The notes: generated by a model from the letters alone, not told the origin. Positions 9,725 to 18,958 are shown, counted from the stretch's first letter. The stretch is DNA of 64,000 bases from Terriglobia bacterium (GCA_963666975.2 CAXVYR010000004.1:1728001-1792000); one strand, 5' to 3'. Made by a program: numbers and translations.

Positions 9725-11233
9725 TTAACGTGCTTCGACTGAGAGCGACTCCTGCTCGGGGGCGCAGATGGCCCGGGTCAAGGTCTGGAAGTGATACCCC
9801 ATGATGGCCAGCATGATGGCTGTGCCGAAGGAGTGGCGATAGCGCGTGGCGGCTTCCAAAAAGAACTTCCAATAACTGATGCGGGAATCGCCCAGGATGC
9901 CTTGCTTCAGGATGGACCGTGCCAGGGCGAGGTAATCGGATCGGGAGCGAGCGACCTTGTGCGTGGGGCGGTGTTGGGCCAGGAATTTCCGCACGCGCTC
10001 ATAATAGGCGTCCGGGTGGTAGATGCGCTGGAGGATGTCCCTGTAGCCTTCCACCAGCCGCTGCGGATTCATCTTGGGAATAAAGTTCAGACTTAAATTC
10101 ATGTTGTTGCCGTGGCCCTCATCCACGATACGGCCTTCCTTCATGAGTCTGCGGTAGAGCTGCGTGCCGGGCAGGGCCAGCAGCAGCCCCACCATCGCCA
10201 GCGGGATGGCGCTCTCCTGGATGAACTCCACCTGCCTATCGAAGATGTCTTCCGGGTCGTTGTCAAAGCCCACGATGAAGCCCGCCATCACCTCCATGCC
10301 ATAGCCCTGGATGCGCTGCACGCTCTCCATCAGATCGCGGCGGGTGTTTTGCAGCTTCTGGGCCTCTTTCAGGGAGGCTTCCACCGGAGTCTCGATGCCC
10401 AGGAAAACGCGGATGAAGCGTGCATCCTGCATCATCTGCAGCAACTCCAGGTCGTCGGCCAGGTTCAGCGAGGCTTCCGTAAAAAAGGTAAACGGCTGCT
10501 TGCGCCGGCTATTCCACTCCGCCAGCACGGGGAGCAGCTTTTTGACCTCCCGTTTGTTGCCGATAAAGTTGTCGTCCACAATGAAAACCGACCCTCGCCA
10601 GTTGTGCTCGTAGAGCTGCTCCAACTCGGCCACCACCTGGGCCGGAGACTTTGTCCGGGGCGTGCGCCCGTAAATCTCAATGATGTCGCAGAACTCACAG
10701 TTGAACGGGCACCCTCGCGAGTACTGGATGGCCATGGAACTGTAGTGCTTGGGGTTGATGAGGCTCAGATCGGGCAACGGCGTCTTGCTGAGGCCGGGAC
10801 GCTCCGCGGCGGTGTAGAGGGGTTTGGCCGTTCCCCGCTCCAGATCGGCTGCGAGCCCGGCAACCAACTCCTCGGCCTCGCCGATCACCACATGGTCGGC
10901 GTGCTGGGGAAGCTCCTCCACGCTGCTGGTTACAGGCCCTCCGATCACCGTCGGCAGCCCGCGCGAACGGCAGCGCGCCAGAAGCTCCAGCAATTCCTGC
11001 TTATGCACCAGCATCCCGCTCAGCAGAGCCACGTCGGCCCACTTCAGGTCGGCTTCGGTCAGCCGCCGGATGTTGGTATCGACCAGACGCTTGTTCCAGT
11101 GTCCGGGCAGCAGCGAGGCAATCGTCAGCAGGCCCAGCGGCGGATAGACAGAGCGTTTACCCTCAAACGACAATACGTGCTTAAAACTCCAGTAGGTGTC
11201 GGGCCACTCCGGATAAATAAGAAGAGCATTCAT
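9725..11233 (-). CDS. B12-binding radical SAM protein (DUF4070 type)
   Basis: PPLGLLTIA, SRGCPFNCEFCDI and FIVDDNFIGN motifs; start assigned to MNALLIYP. Confidence 0.92.
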   Translation of the reverse strand: MNALLIYPEWPDTYWSFKHVLSFEGKRSVYPPLGLLTIASLLPGHWNKRLVDTNIRRLTEADLKWADVALLSGMLVHKQELLELLARCRSRGLPTVIGGPVTSSVEELPQHADHVVIGEAEELVAGLAADLERGTAKPLYTAAERPGLSKTPLPDLSLINPKHYSSMAIQYSRGCPFNCEFCDIIEIYGRTPRTKSPAQVVAELEQLYEHNWRGSVFIVDDNFIGNKREVKKLLPVLAEWNSRRKQPFTFFTEASLNLADDLELLQMMQDARFIRVFLGIETPVEASLKEAQKLQNTRRDLMESVQRIQGYGMEVMAGFIVGFDNDPEDIFDRQVEFIQESAIPLAMVGLLLALPGTQLYRRLMKEGRIVDEGHGNNMNLSLNFIPKMNPQRLVEGYRDILQRIYHPDAYYERVRKFLAQHRPTHKVARSRSDYLALARSILKQGILGDSRISYWKFFLEAATRYRHSFGTAIMLAIMGYHFQTLTRAICAPEQESLSVEAR

Positions 11234-11423
11234 ATCGTTAGTCAGTTCCCCAGTCAGTTCCCCGGTTTCTCTCGAATGAAAAATGGAAGCCATTCATGGT
11301 ATAGCCCAAGCCGCCAGCACACAACCTCTAATTAGCCGGAAGGCGGCAAGTTCAGCCTGGACGGTGAATCCTGCGGGTGAATGGCAGTTCGCGGAAGCGC
11401 GAGGGTGCTGACTGCGCCCACCC

Positions 11424-12035
11424 TCAATTTTGCCAGCCGATTTCCCGCGCGCGCAGCTCCTCTTCCAGTTGGGACAGGGAATGGAACTGAACTGAGTCAA
11501 TGCCCTGGCGGCGGGCTGCCTCCACGTTGGAGGCGATGTCATCGGTGAAAAAACATTCTTCCGGGCGGCAACCGGCGCAGCGAATCGCCTCCTGGTAAAT
11601 TTCCGGAGAGGGCTTCAACGCGCCGACCTCGTAGGAGAGAACATAGCCGTCAAAGTGTCCGAGGAGGGGATACTTTTCCCGGGCCATGGCAAAGTGAATG
11701 GTGTTGGTGTTGGACAAAAGAAGCAAACGATGACGGCTGCGGATACCCAGCAACAAGCTCTCCGGGATCAGCGTCTCCGGCAGAAAGATGGTGCTCCAAA
11801 GCTCCCAGAACTCGGAATAGCTGACATCGAGATCAAGGATGCGGCTAACCTGCTCGACAAAACTTTCGGGAGAGACCTGGCCCGTCTCAAAAAGTTGCAC
11901 CAGCCCGGTCGAGCGGATGCGCGCGGGGATTTCCTGCGCCGGGTAGGGACACAACTTCTCCAAAGCCGAGTGGCATTGGCTGAAATCAATCGGCACAATC
12001 ACGTTGCCCAGATCGAGCATCACGGTTTTGGTCAT
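11424..12035 (-). CDS. HAD-family phosphatase (YihX-like)
   Basis: DLGNV, LSNTN, KPSPEIY and FFTDD motifs. Confidence 0.92.
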   Translation of the reverse strand: MTKTVMLDLGNVIVPIDFSQCHSALEKLCPYPAQEIPARIRSTGLVQLFETGQVSPESFVEQVSRILDLDVSYSEFWELWSTIFLPETLIPESLLLGIRSRHRLLLLSNTNTIHFAMAREKYPLLGHFDGYVLSYEVGALKPSPEIYQEAIRCAGCRPEECFFTDDIASNVEAARRQGIDSVQFHSLSQLEEELRAREIGWQN

Positions 12036-12061
12036 TCGAAGTGGTGGCCGGTCCCTTTACA

Positions 12062-12146
12062 ATAAAAGAAGCCCCACAACCGACAAAATCGGCGGAGGCT
12101 TCAAGGTTTACCCCGGTTAAGGGGCTATCCTGCGAAACCTTGTTAT
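12062..12146 (-). ncRNA. tracrRNA-3'-like hairpins and intrinsic terminator directly after CRISPR-like repeat 1
   Basis: ATAACAAGGTTT..CCCC-TTAACC-GGGG..AAACCTTG, then GAAGCCTCCGCCGA..TCGGTTGTGGGGCTTC-TTTT. Confidence 0.45.
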
Positions 12147-12182
12147 ATTATAGCTGACCGATGCCTGCCCGCAATCCACAAC

Positions 12183-12655
12183 AATTTTTTGCTGCTAAAC
12201 TGTTTTAGATAATTCGCAAAGTCGGCATAATCCTTTTCAATCTTCGCCGTGTTTTCTGCGGTGTAAAAATCCGGATTTAGATAATTCTTAGTGTTGCAGT
12301 CGCCGAAAGAGGTCCAATCATAAGCGGTAATAAGCACGGTTGAAGACTGCGGGTCGCTTAAAAATTGTCTGAAGTCTGATCTTGCGGCAAGATTAGCTAA
12401 ACGAGAGTTCTGGATACAAGTACCATCTTTATAATCTATATCTGCCTTCGGCCCAATATAAATTCTTATCGCTCCCGCGCCTAAATCATTCGCAAGGTCC
12501 AAGCTTTTAGACATCAAGGCGTCGCCGCTATATCCAGAAACACTGCCGCCCCCAAAATACGGCCCGAACGCTGTTTGCGCCGAAACAACGGCCGGGACAA
12601 AAAAAACGGCGAAAAGCGCCAGCCCAAAAATCATCAATTTTTAATTTCTAAACAT
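12183..12655 (-). pseudogene. Foreign secreted protein, truncated exactly at repeat 1, nonsense at codon 5
   Basis: MFRN*KLMIFGLALFAVFFVPAVVSAQ..NYLKQFSSKK runs straight into the repeat; AT-rich. Confidence 0.75.
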
Positions 12656-12787
12656 ATTTGCAGCAAAACTATTCATTAATAATCGTAATAGCAAATTTAA
12701 TGTAAAAAAACACCCGGCCAAATTGGTCGGGTGGTGCCCAAAGAACTATTCCGTTGTTCCCAAGCTGATCGGAAGAGTTGAGGGTTA

Positions 12788-13801
12788 TTATTTTGGCGCC
12801 GCGCCATCAATAGATGATACGGTGAACCCCTCGTGGTTCAGATTCACGTGTAAAGCCACAAATCCTAGTTGAAGGCCGTTCACAGACTCCACTGTCATAA
12901 GCCCCGCAGAATCAAGAGGAAGGGCGATGCCGAAATCATCTAACATTCCCGTTTTCATGCTCCGCGGCGGAATAGATATGCTAAAAGAACCCGGCGGCAA
13001 AGACACGTTGACTTCATTCCACTGGTCTGTGGGGTTTGTAAATGCCAGGCCTATACCGGTCCGCTTCAACGGCGAACTCGTCAGATTGTCGTAATAGACA
13101 GAATATTTTCTCGGCAAGTCCTCGGCATCCCAAGAGCGGACAAAAGTCTCGCTAAGGACAACGCCATCTCTAACATAGCGGTACCTCAGAGACACGCCAA
13201 CATCCAAAACGCCGCCTGGAGGGATTCCATTGCCACCAGTGTTGGGATATATCAGCCTTAACCCAGCCGCCGAGTCCTTCCCTTGATGGGAAAGTCAGCG
13301 TTGTGGCAGTCCAGTGTTGGGATAAATATCAGCCTTAACCCAGCCGCCGAGTCCTTCCCTTGATGGGAAAGTCAGCGTTGTGGCAGCGGCTGTTTTTTGC
13401 AAAAGCGGGAGCGTAACACTGCCGATGATCGGCAAACCAGCATAGGTTCCAAACGAACCAAAACTATGGATTGGTTCAATCAGCCTGCTTCCGTCATCTC
13501 TCCAGAAAATAAACAGAAAACTGATGGTGAAATTAGATTTGTTCTCGAAAACCAAGTCAGTTTCCCAGCCGTTGCGCAAAACATACCTCTCGCCGCTGAC
13601 AAGATCATCTTTCCCCACGACAGCGCCGTCGCTTATTCTGATATACTCATCGCCGCCACCCAGAGCAAGATGCGGCATAACATACCTTGCGACCGGCGCT
13701 GAATTTCTATTTTGCTCATCCAACCTGGTAACCTGGGCAAAAGACCGGTTGCCCAGAAAAGAAAAAATCAATCCTACATAAATCAATCAGCGCCTTCTCA
13801 T
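12788..13801 (-). pseudogene. Foreign secreted protein, nonsense at codon 5 and split by a ~75-bp tandem duplication
   Basis: GGAGG-N6-ATG; MRRR*LIYVGLIFSF..PHLALGGG..GIGLAFTNP; duplication 13236-13309 / 13311-13386. Confidence 0.75.
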
Positions 13802-13879
13802 GCCACACCTCCATTCCCATTTTCAGAATATTATAGCTGATCGATGCCTGCCCGCAATCCACAACTCACGGCGGTCGCT

Positions 13880-14005
13880 TCACGAAAGATCAAACAGCAG
13901 AATCTCCGCCTCGCCGTTCCCGTCGTTTTCTTTGCCGACGCTCAGTTCCAGCAACTCTTCATTGCCGGCCTCTGCGCTGACTGCGGCCCCGTCGCCCGCC
14001 TGGAG
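13880..14005 (-). pseudogene. Diverged duplicate of the pirin 3' end
   Basis: LQAGDGAAVSAEAGNEELLELSV..NGEAEILLFDLS* versus LQAGDGAAVSAKRNEDEMLELSA..NGEAEILLFDLS* of the full gene. Confidence 0.9.
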
Positions 14006-14024
14006 CCCCACAGAAGCGCGGGGT

Positions 14025-14321
14025 TTAGGCCGTCGGTTGAGGCTCGTAGCGCTCGACCTGGATTTGATCCTGGTGCTTGCGCGCTTGGGCCAACTCGTAG
14101 GCTGTTTGCAAGCGGAGCCAATGATCGGCGTTGGACCATCCGGCCTTCTCCAGGCGGATTGCCATGTCCGGAGAGATTCCGGACTGGCCGTTGATCACGC
14201 GCGAAAGCGTATGGCGGGTAACGCGCAAGACCTTCGCGCCTTCGGTCACGCTGAGTTCGAGCGGCTCCAAGCAGGCATCCTTGATCGAACGGCCCGGATG
14301 TGGCGGGTTTTTCATGGGCAT
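14025..14321 (-). CDS. higA: HigA-family antitoxin
   Basis: [27 protein letters not shown]. Confidence 0.93.
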   Translation of the reverse strand: MPMKNPPHPGRSIKDACLEPLELSVTEGAKVLRVTRHTLSRVINGQSGISPDMAIRLEKAGWSNADHWLRLQTAYELAQARKHQDQIQVERYEPQPTA

Positions 14322-14339
14322 AGCGGTTGCTCCTTTTTG

Positions 14340-14618
14340 TTAGTGATAGTCGACGAGGTCGACCTCATAAGCATCCCCGTCCTCAAAGCGAAAAGTGATG
14401 CGCCAATTCCGGGAGATCGTCACGCTCCAGTGGCCCTTCCGGTCGCCCTTGAGCGGGTGGAGACGATAACCCGGTAAATCGAGATCTCCAGGGTCTTGTG
14501 CTTTGTCCAGATGGAACAGCACGTCGCGGATGCGGTCGAGATGGTCGGCGCGGATTTTGCTGCCGTCACTTTGCTCATAAAGCCGCTTCAGGCCCCGGTG
14601 TCGAAAACTCTCGATCAT
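14340..14618 (-). CDS. higB: HigB/RelE-family toxin
   Basis: MIESFRHRGLKRLY..RLHPLKGDRKGHWSVTISRNWRITF..DYH. Confidence 0.93.
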   Translation of the reverse strand: MIESFRHRGLKRLYEQSDGSKIRADHLDRIRDVLFHLDKAQDPGDLDLPGYRLHPLKGDRKGHWSVTISRNWRITFRFEDGDAYEVDLVDYH

Positions 14619-14624
14619 AGAAAA

Positions 14625-14643
14625 TGTAACATGCAATGTTGCA
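14625..14643 (-). promoter_or_regulatory. Palindromic operator over the higBA promoter
   Basis: TGTAACA-TGCAA-TGTTGCA immediately upstream of the higB ATG. Confidence 0.6.
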
Positions 14644-14792
14644 CGTCGCAACCGGAACGTATTCCTAGCCGGGGCCGCACGGTATTTGGCATCAGGAATT
14701 GCGCTTCATGAGATGAAGGAAACGTAACCGCGTAGCTCCATATTATAGCTGACCGATGCCTGCCCGGAATCCACAACGCGGTAGCAACGAAA

Positions 14793-15539
14793 TCACGAAA
14801 GATCAAACAGCAGGATTTCCGCCTCGCCGTTCTGCTCGGCTTCATTCCCGGCGCTCAACTCCAGCATCTCGTCTTCATTCCTCTTGGCGCTGACTGCGGC
14901 CCCATCGCCCGCCTGAAGTGAATATCCGTTCAGGACAACCGCGCCCCTCGCCGTCTGCACCCAGGCGTGGCGGCCGGGCCGCAGACGATGCGTCACGCGC
15001 TGTCCGGCACTCAGGCGGGCCACGTATAAATCCGCATCCTGATGGAGGGTGACCACACCATCTCGCCCTGCTTTATTCCCATCCTCATCCCCCGCCGCCA
15101 GAAGAAGCAAAGCTCCCCGTGCTTGCTCCATCGGGAAGGCGCGCTGCTCGTAGCTGGGCTGGATGCCTTGCGTTCGCGGCAAAATCCATACTTGGAAAAG
15201 GTGTACCTGCTCGGATGGGGAGTGGTTGTGCTCGCTGTGGGTCACGCCGGTGCCGGCGCTCATGCGCTGCACCTCTCCCGGACGAATCACCGATCCGTTG
15301 CCCATGCTGTCCTTGTGATCGAGCGAGCCTTCCAGGACGTAGGTAACGATCTCCATGTCCCGGTGCGGATGGGCGCCGAAGCCCTGCCCCGGCGCAATGA
15401 AGTCTTCATTCAGCACCCGCAGATGGCGAAAGCCCATGAAATTCGGATCATAGTAGTGATCGAAGGAAAAACTGTGGCGGCTGTCGAGCCGGCCTAGCCG
15501 CGTATGCCCGCGCTCACTGCCCGGTCGCAACCGAATCAT
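14793..15539 (-). CDS. Pirin-family protein (YhhW-like)
   Basis: HSFSF, GFGAHPHRDMEIVTY and MSAGTGVTHSE motifs. Confidence 0.95.
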   Translation of the reverse strand: MIRLRPGSERGHTRLGRLDSRHSFSFDHYYDPNFMGFRHLRVLNEDFIAPGQGFGAHPHRDMEIVTYVLEGSLDHKDSMGNGSVIRPGEVQRMSAGTGVTHSEHNHSPSEQVHLFQVWILPRTQGIQPSYEQRAFPMEQARGALLLLAAGDEDGNKAGRDGVVTLHQDADLYVARLSAGQRVTHRLRPGRHAWVQTARGAVVLNGYSLQAGDGAAVSAKRNEDEMLELSAGNEAEQNGEAEILLFDLS

Positions 15540-15711
15540 TGCTGCCCCCTCCCTTGCTTTTTAAGGTTAACACAGAGGAATGGTTCAGACGGGACAAGGC
15601 CTGGCACCGTTGCCGCAACAAGAACGCTTGTCCCCGGAAACAGCGGAGGCTTATAATTCTTCTTTGTTGCGACATTGGAATCTCACGTTGTCCTTCCCCG
15701 AAACAATCCGA

Positions 15712-16734
15712 ATGAGCCGGACCGCACGCCTCAGCGCAGGCAGTTTGCTGATGATCCTTTCCTTGTCGTTGTCCTTGCTCTACGGTCTCGCCCGTGCGCA
15801 GGCGCCGGCGGACACCCTCTCAGGCCGCGTGCTCAACGGCACCACGAACCAGCCCGTCCCGAATCAGCCGGTGGCTTATGTCAGGATGCAACAAGGGCTG
15901 GAGCCGGTGGCGACGGCGGTGACCGGCGCGGACGGACGATTTGTTCTGGAAGGCGTTGGCACTCCCGGCGGAGCCCCCGCGCTGCTGCGGGCCGAATACC
16001 AGGGCGTGACCTATTCCCATCCCGTGCTGGGGCAACAACCCGGCGGCGTCCAGATCCAGGTGTTTGAAGCCGCCAGCCAGCCGGAGATGGTTTCGGCGAA
16101 AGAACACCTCATCTTCCTCCACCCTGCAGGAGACACTATTTTCGTAACCGAGCAAGTGGTGCTGGAGAACGCCACCGCCCCGCCCAAAACATATTTCAAT
16201 CCGGAAGGGACCTATCGGTTTGCCGTGCCGGAGACGCCGCGCGCGGAAGTTCGTCTTTCGGTGACCGGCCCGGGAGGCATGCCCATCCAGCAGACGCCGG
16301 AGCCCGGAGAGCTGGAAAACCATTTTGCCATTGCCTATCCGATCCGTCCCGGCGAGACGCAGGTGCGGATTGACTATTCTTTCGGCTACCAGTCGCCCTT
16401 CGATTTCACCAAACTGCTGCTGCTGCCGTCCGACCAAACATATGTGATATCGCCCGGGACAGACGTACAATTGTCCGGGGAAGGAGTGGCCGAGTTGGGC
16501 GCCGATCCCTCAACGGGATTTATCGGGTATCAAGTGACTCCCCGGGAAAATCTCATTCGCGTCCAGGTCTCCGGCCAGGCTCCCGCGACGCTCGCGGGAG
16601 CGGGAGGGGCTCAGGACGAGGGATCAGGGCTGCTTACGCCGATCCCGGCTCCGTTGAACAATCGCCGCTGGCTGATCCTGGGTTTGGCGGGATTGGTCAT
16701 GCTTCTCGGTTTTTTTTATCACTACACCCATTAG
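15712..16734 (+). CDS. Membrane-anchored protein with a carboxypeptidase-regulatory-like domain, upstream of ccm genes
   Basis: Signal peptide, LSGRVLNGTT..TGADGRF, C-terminal TM helix. Confidence 0.75.
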   Translation: MSRTARLSAGSLLMILSLSLSLLYGLARAQAPADTLSGRVLNGTTNQPVPNQPVAYVRMQQGLEPVATAVTGADGRFVLEGVGTPGGAPALLRAEYQGVTYSHPVLGQQPGGVQIQVFEAASQPEMVSAKEHLIFLHPAGDTIFVTEQVVLENATAPPKTYFNPEGTYRFAVPETPRAEVRLSVTGPGGMPIQQTPEPGELENHFAIAYPIRPGETQVRIDYSFGYQSPFDFTKLLLLPSDQTYVISPGTDVQLSGEGVAELGADPSTGFIGYQVTPRENLIRVQVSGQAPATLAGAGGAQDEGSGLLTPIPAPLNNRRWLILGLAGLVMLLGFFYHYTH

Positions 16735-16959
16735 AGCATTTTTCAAATTGGTGTATAGAGGGAAACTGAGATCTGCGTCAGGGCACGGTTTTAACCGTGC
16801 CGAAAAAAGCAGGGGGGGCAGAGCGGCTTTAGCCGCTGAGGTTCATATGTTTCTATCGGGTCCCGTCAGGGGTTAAACCCCCTAATGGCTGGCCTCGTTG
16901 CGGCACGACTGAAGTCGTGCCCTGACGAACCCCTATACATCAATCCGTAAAATGCTGTA
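16732..16959. mobile_element. MITE with IS630-type ends carrying a REP doublet (GGCACG family)
   Basis: TAGAGCATTTTTCAAATTGGTGTATA ... TATACATCAATCCGTAAAATGCTGTA; interior palindromes GGCACGGTTTTAACCGTGCC and GGCACGACTGAAGTCGTGCC. Confidence 0.8.
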
Positions 16960-17004
16960 GCGGGAACGAGCGAAGGGTTGCCTACGAAAGGCCCTGCAAA
17001 GAAG

Positions 17005-17802
17005 ATGGAGACTGTCCCAACCAAGAAAGCATCAGACGCGAACCCGCCAGGAAACTCTGCGACCGGACAGCATTCGCCGGCCAGCCCAGGCAGTAATGCC
17101 CGGTGGGATATCCAAGCCGAAGGCCTCACGAAACTCTACGGCGACTTCCCGGCCTTGCAACATGTGGACCTTGAGGTTTCTCAAGGAGAGTTTCTGGCTC
17201 TTATGGGCCGCAACGGAGCCGGAAAAACCACGCTGCTGAAACTGCTGGCATTGCTCACCCGGCCCACCTCCGGGAAGCTGACCATCCGGGGCATCACCCA
17301 CGAAGGCGATCTGACCGAGTTGCGCCGCGGAATGGGCCTGCTGGGACACAACTCCTTTCTCTACGACGAGCTGACGGCGGAAGAAAATCTTCTTTTCTAC
17401 GCCAAGCTGTATGGAATTGGCGAGCCTCGCCGCGCCATTCAGCAGATGTTGGAAGCAACCGGCCTCAGCTCGTTCGGCAAAGAATTGGTGCGCAACTTTT
17501 CCCGAGGTATGAAGCAAAGGCTGGCCATTGGCCGTGTGTTTCTGCACGACCCGGAGCTGATCCTGCTGGATGAGCCCTTCACCGGCCTGGATGATCGCGC
17601 CGTGGCGCTGCTGGAGAACTCGCTGCTCGACGCCCACCGGAAGGGGAAGACCATCTTGCTGTGCACGCATCAACTGGAGCTTTCCTTGAAGCTGGCCAGC
17701 AGGTTGCTCATCCTGGACCGGGGCAAGGTGGCCTACCAGGGTCCCAATCAGCCCGGCCGTGTGGAACAGATGCGAGAGCTTTACTTGCAGTTCGCCGGTT
17801 GA
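17005..17802 (+). CDS. ccmA: Heme ABC exporter ATP-binding subunit
   Basis: GRNGAGKTT, LYDELTAEENL, FSRGMKQR and LLDEP motifs; next to ccmC. Confidence 0.88.
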   Translation: METVPTKKASDANPPGNSATGQHSPASPGSNARWDIQAEGLTKLYGDFPALQHVDLEVSQGEFLALMGRNGAGKTTLLKLLALLTRPTSGKLTIRGITHEGDLTELRRGMGLLGHNSFLYDELTAEENLLFYAKLYGIGEPRRAIQQMLEATGLSSFGKELVRNFSRGMKQRLAIGRVFLHDPELILLDEPFTGLDDRAVALLENSLLDAHRKGKTILLCTHQLELSLKLASRLLILDRGKVAYQGPNQPGRVEQMRELYLQFAG

Positions 17803-17846
17803 GTTTGGGGCATCCACGCCGGTCCATAATTTTCAGGAGGCTAATA

Positions 17847-18536
17847 GTGCGATCTTACGGGACCTTCAATATCGCAATGGCGCTGGCGACGGCGGGAGCC
17901 TTAGTGGCTGCCCTGTACGGGGCCTTTCTCGGCGCTCCCACCGAGATGACCATGGGGGACATTCAGCGCATCTTTTACATCCACGTCCCTTCGGCCTGGA
18001 CCGCCTTTGCCGCCTTCATTACGGTCGCCGTGGCTGGCATCGCCTATCTGGCGACCGATAACCTGAAGTGGGACCGCATCGCGATGGCCTGCGCCGAGAT
18101 CGGGACCGTTTTCTGCACAGCCGTGTTGATTACCGGGCCGATCTGGGCGAAACCGGTGTGGGGTATCTGGTGGACGTGGGACTCGCGGCTGACCTCCACG
18201 CTGCTTCTGTGGCTGATTTATTTGAGCTACCTGTTGCTGCGCGGGTTTCTGGAGGAACCGGCGCGGAGGGCTACGCTCTCCGCCGTCTTTGGGATTTTCG
18301 GCGCTTTAACCGTGCCGTTTGTGTTTATGACGATCCGTTTGTGGCGGACACAGCATCCCCAGCCCGTCCTGATGGGAGGCGATGATTCGGGCCTGGACCC
18401 GGTGATGTTTCAGGCCTTGATGGTCGCCTGGGTGGCGTTCCTGATCTTGTTCGTGTTTCTGGCGACGCTCCGAGTGCGCCTGGAGAAGAGCCGCGACGAA
18501 GTGCGGCAGTTGCGGCGAGAGTTGATGGTGCAGTAA
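17847..18536 (+). CDS. ccmC: Cytochrome c maturation heme chaperone-loading protein
   Basis: RIFYIHVP, WWD motif WAKPVWGIWWTWDSRLT and RTQHP; AGGAGG RBS + GTG. Confidence 0.92.
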   Translation: MRSYGTFNIAMALATAGALVAALYGAFLGAPTEMTMGDIQRIFYIHVPSAWTAFAAFITVAVAGIAYLATDNLKWDRIAMACAEIGTVFCTAVLITGPIWAKPVWGIWWTWDSRLTSTLLLWLIYLSYLLLRGFLEEPARRATLSAVFGIFGALTVPFVFMTIRLWRTQHPQPVLMGGDDSGLDPVMFQALMVAWVAFLILFVFLATLRVRLEKSRDEVRQLRRELMVQ

Positions 18537-18545
18537 GACGGTGCG

Positions 18546-18634
18546 ATCAGAGCCGCGCGCGCAAGCAAGCGGGCAAACGCGCTGGATTGAGCCCCTGCCC
18601 GAATGGTCCGCTCCCTTGCGGTCGCGGCTCTGAT
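18546..18634. repeat. REP doublet (AGCCGCG family)
   Basis: ATCAGAGCCGCG.. and the inverted ..CCGCTCCCTTGCGGTCGCGGCTCTGAT. Confidence 0.75.
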
Positions 18635-18714
18635 TGGTTTTCACACAGACTCTTGAGCCGCTGAGGGCTATCGATAATTTCACGCAATGCGCCGAGATGA
18701 ATTGAGGAGGATTG

Positions 18715-18867
18715 ATGGAAAATCTTTTTTGGGCCTATGCGATAGTTTGGATCTTGCACGTGGGATACCTGCTGAGCTTGGCCGTGCGGCAGAACAGCCT
18801 GCGGCAGGAAATCTCCACCCTGAAAGCCTTGGTCGAACAGAAAGGGCAAACCACGGGCGGACGCTGA
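18715..18867 (+). CDS. ccmD: CcmD-family small membrane protein (not in the ORF track)
   Basis: GAGGAGG RBS; MENLFWAYAIVWILHVGYLLSLAVRQNSLRQEISTLK..; follows ccmC. Confidence 0.85.
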   Translation: MENLFWAYAIVWILHVGYLLSLAVRQNSLRQEISTLKALVEQKGQTTGGR

Positions 18868-18958
18868 AAAAGCCCTTACTGTGGCTTTCCCGGCTGATGT
18901 CCTGGAGAATGCTTGGAAACAAGAATCGAGGCGGACAGGAAGCCGTAATATACGAAGT

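Larger units (their letters stand above)
12147..14777 (-). CRISPR. Three orphan type II-C-like repeats (12147-12182, 13830-13865, 14742-14777) separated by 1647 and 876 bp
   Basis: Minus-strand consensus GTTGTGGATTGCGGGCAGGCATCGGTCAGCTATAAT (36 nt, at most 1 mismatch; all followed by AT); GTT start and terminal TATAAT; no cas gene in the window. Confidence 0.7.

Noticed and set aside
12130-12182. The 36-38 bp repeat as a dif/pdif or integron attC site
   Set aside because: No XerC arm ending ATAA is conserved across copies, and there is no RYYYAAC..GTTRRRY attC layout.
13787-13789. TGA recoding (genetic code 25) in the cargo gene
   Set aside because: Only one TGA outside the duplication-shifted frame, and the neighbouring gene has an equivalent TAA; nonsense mutation is simpler.
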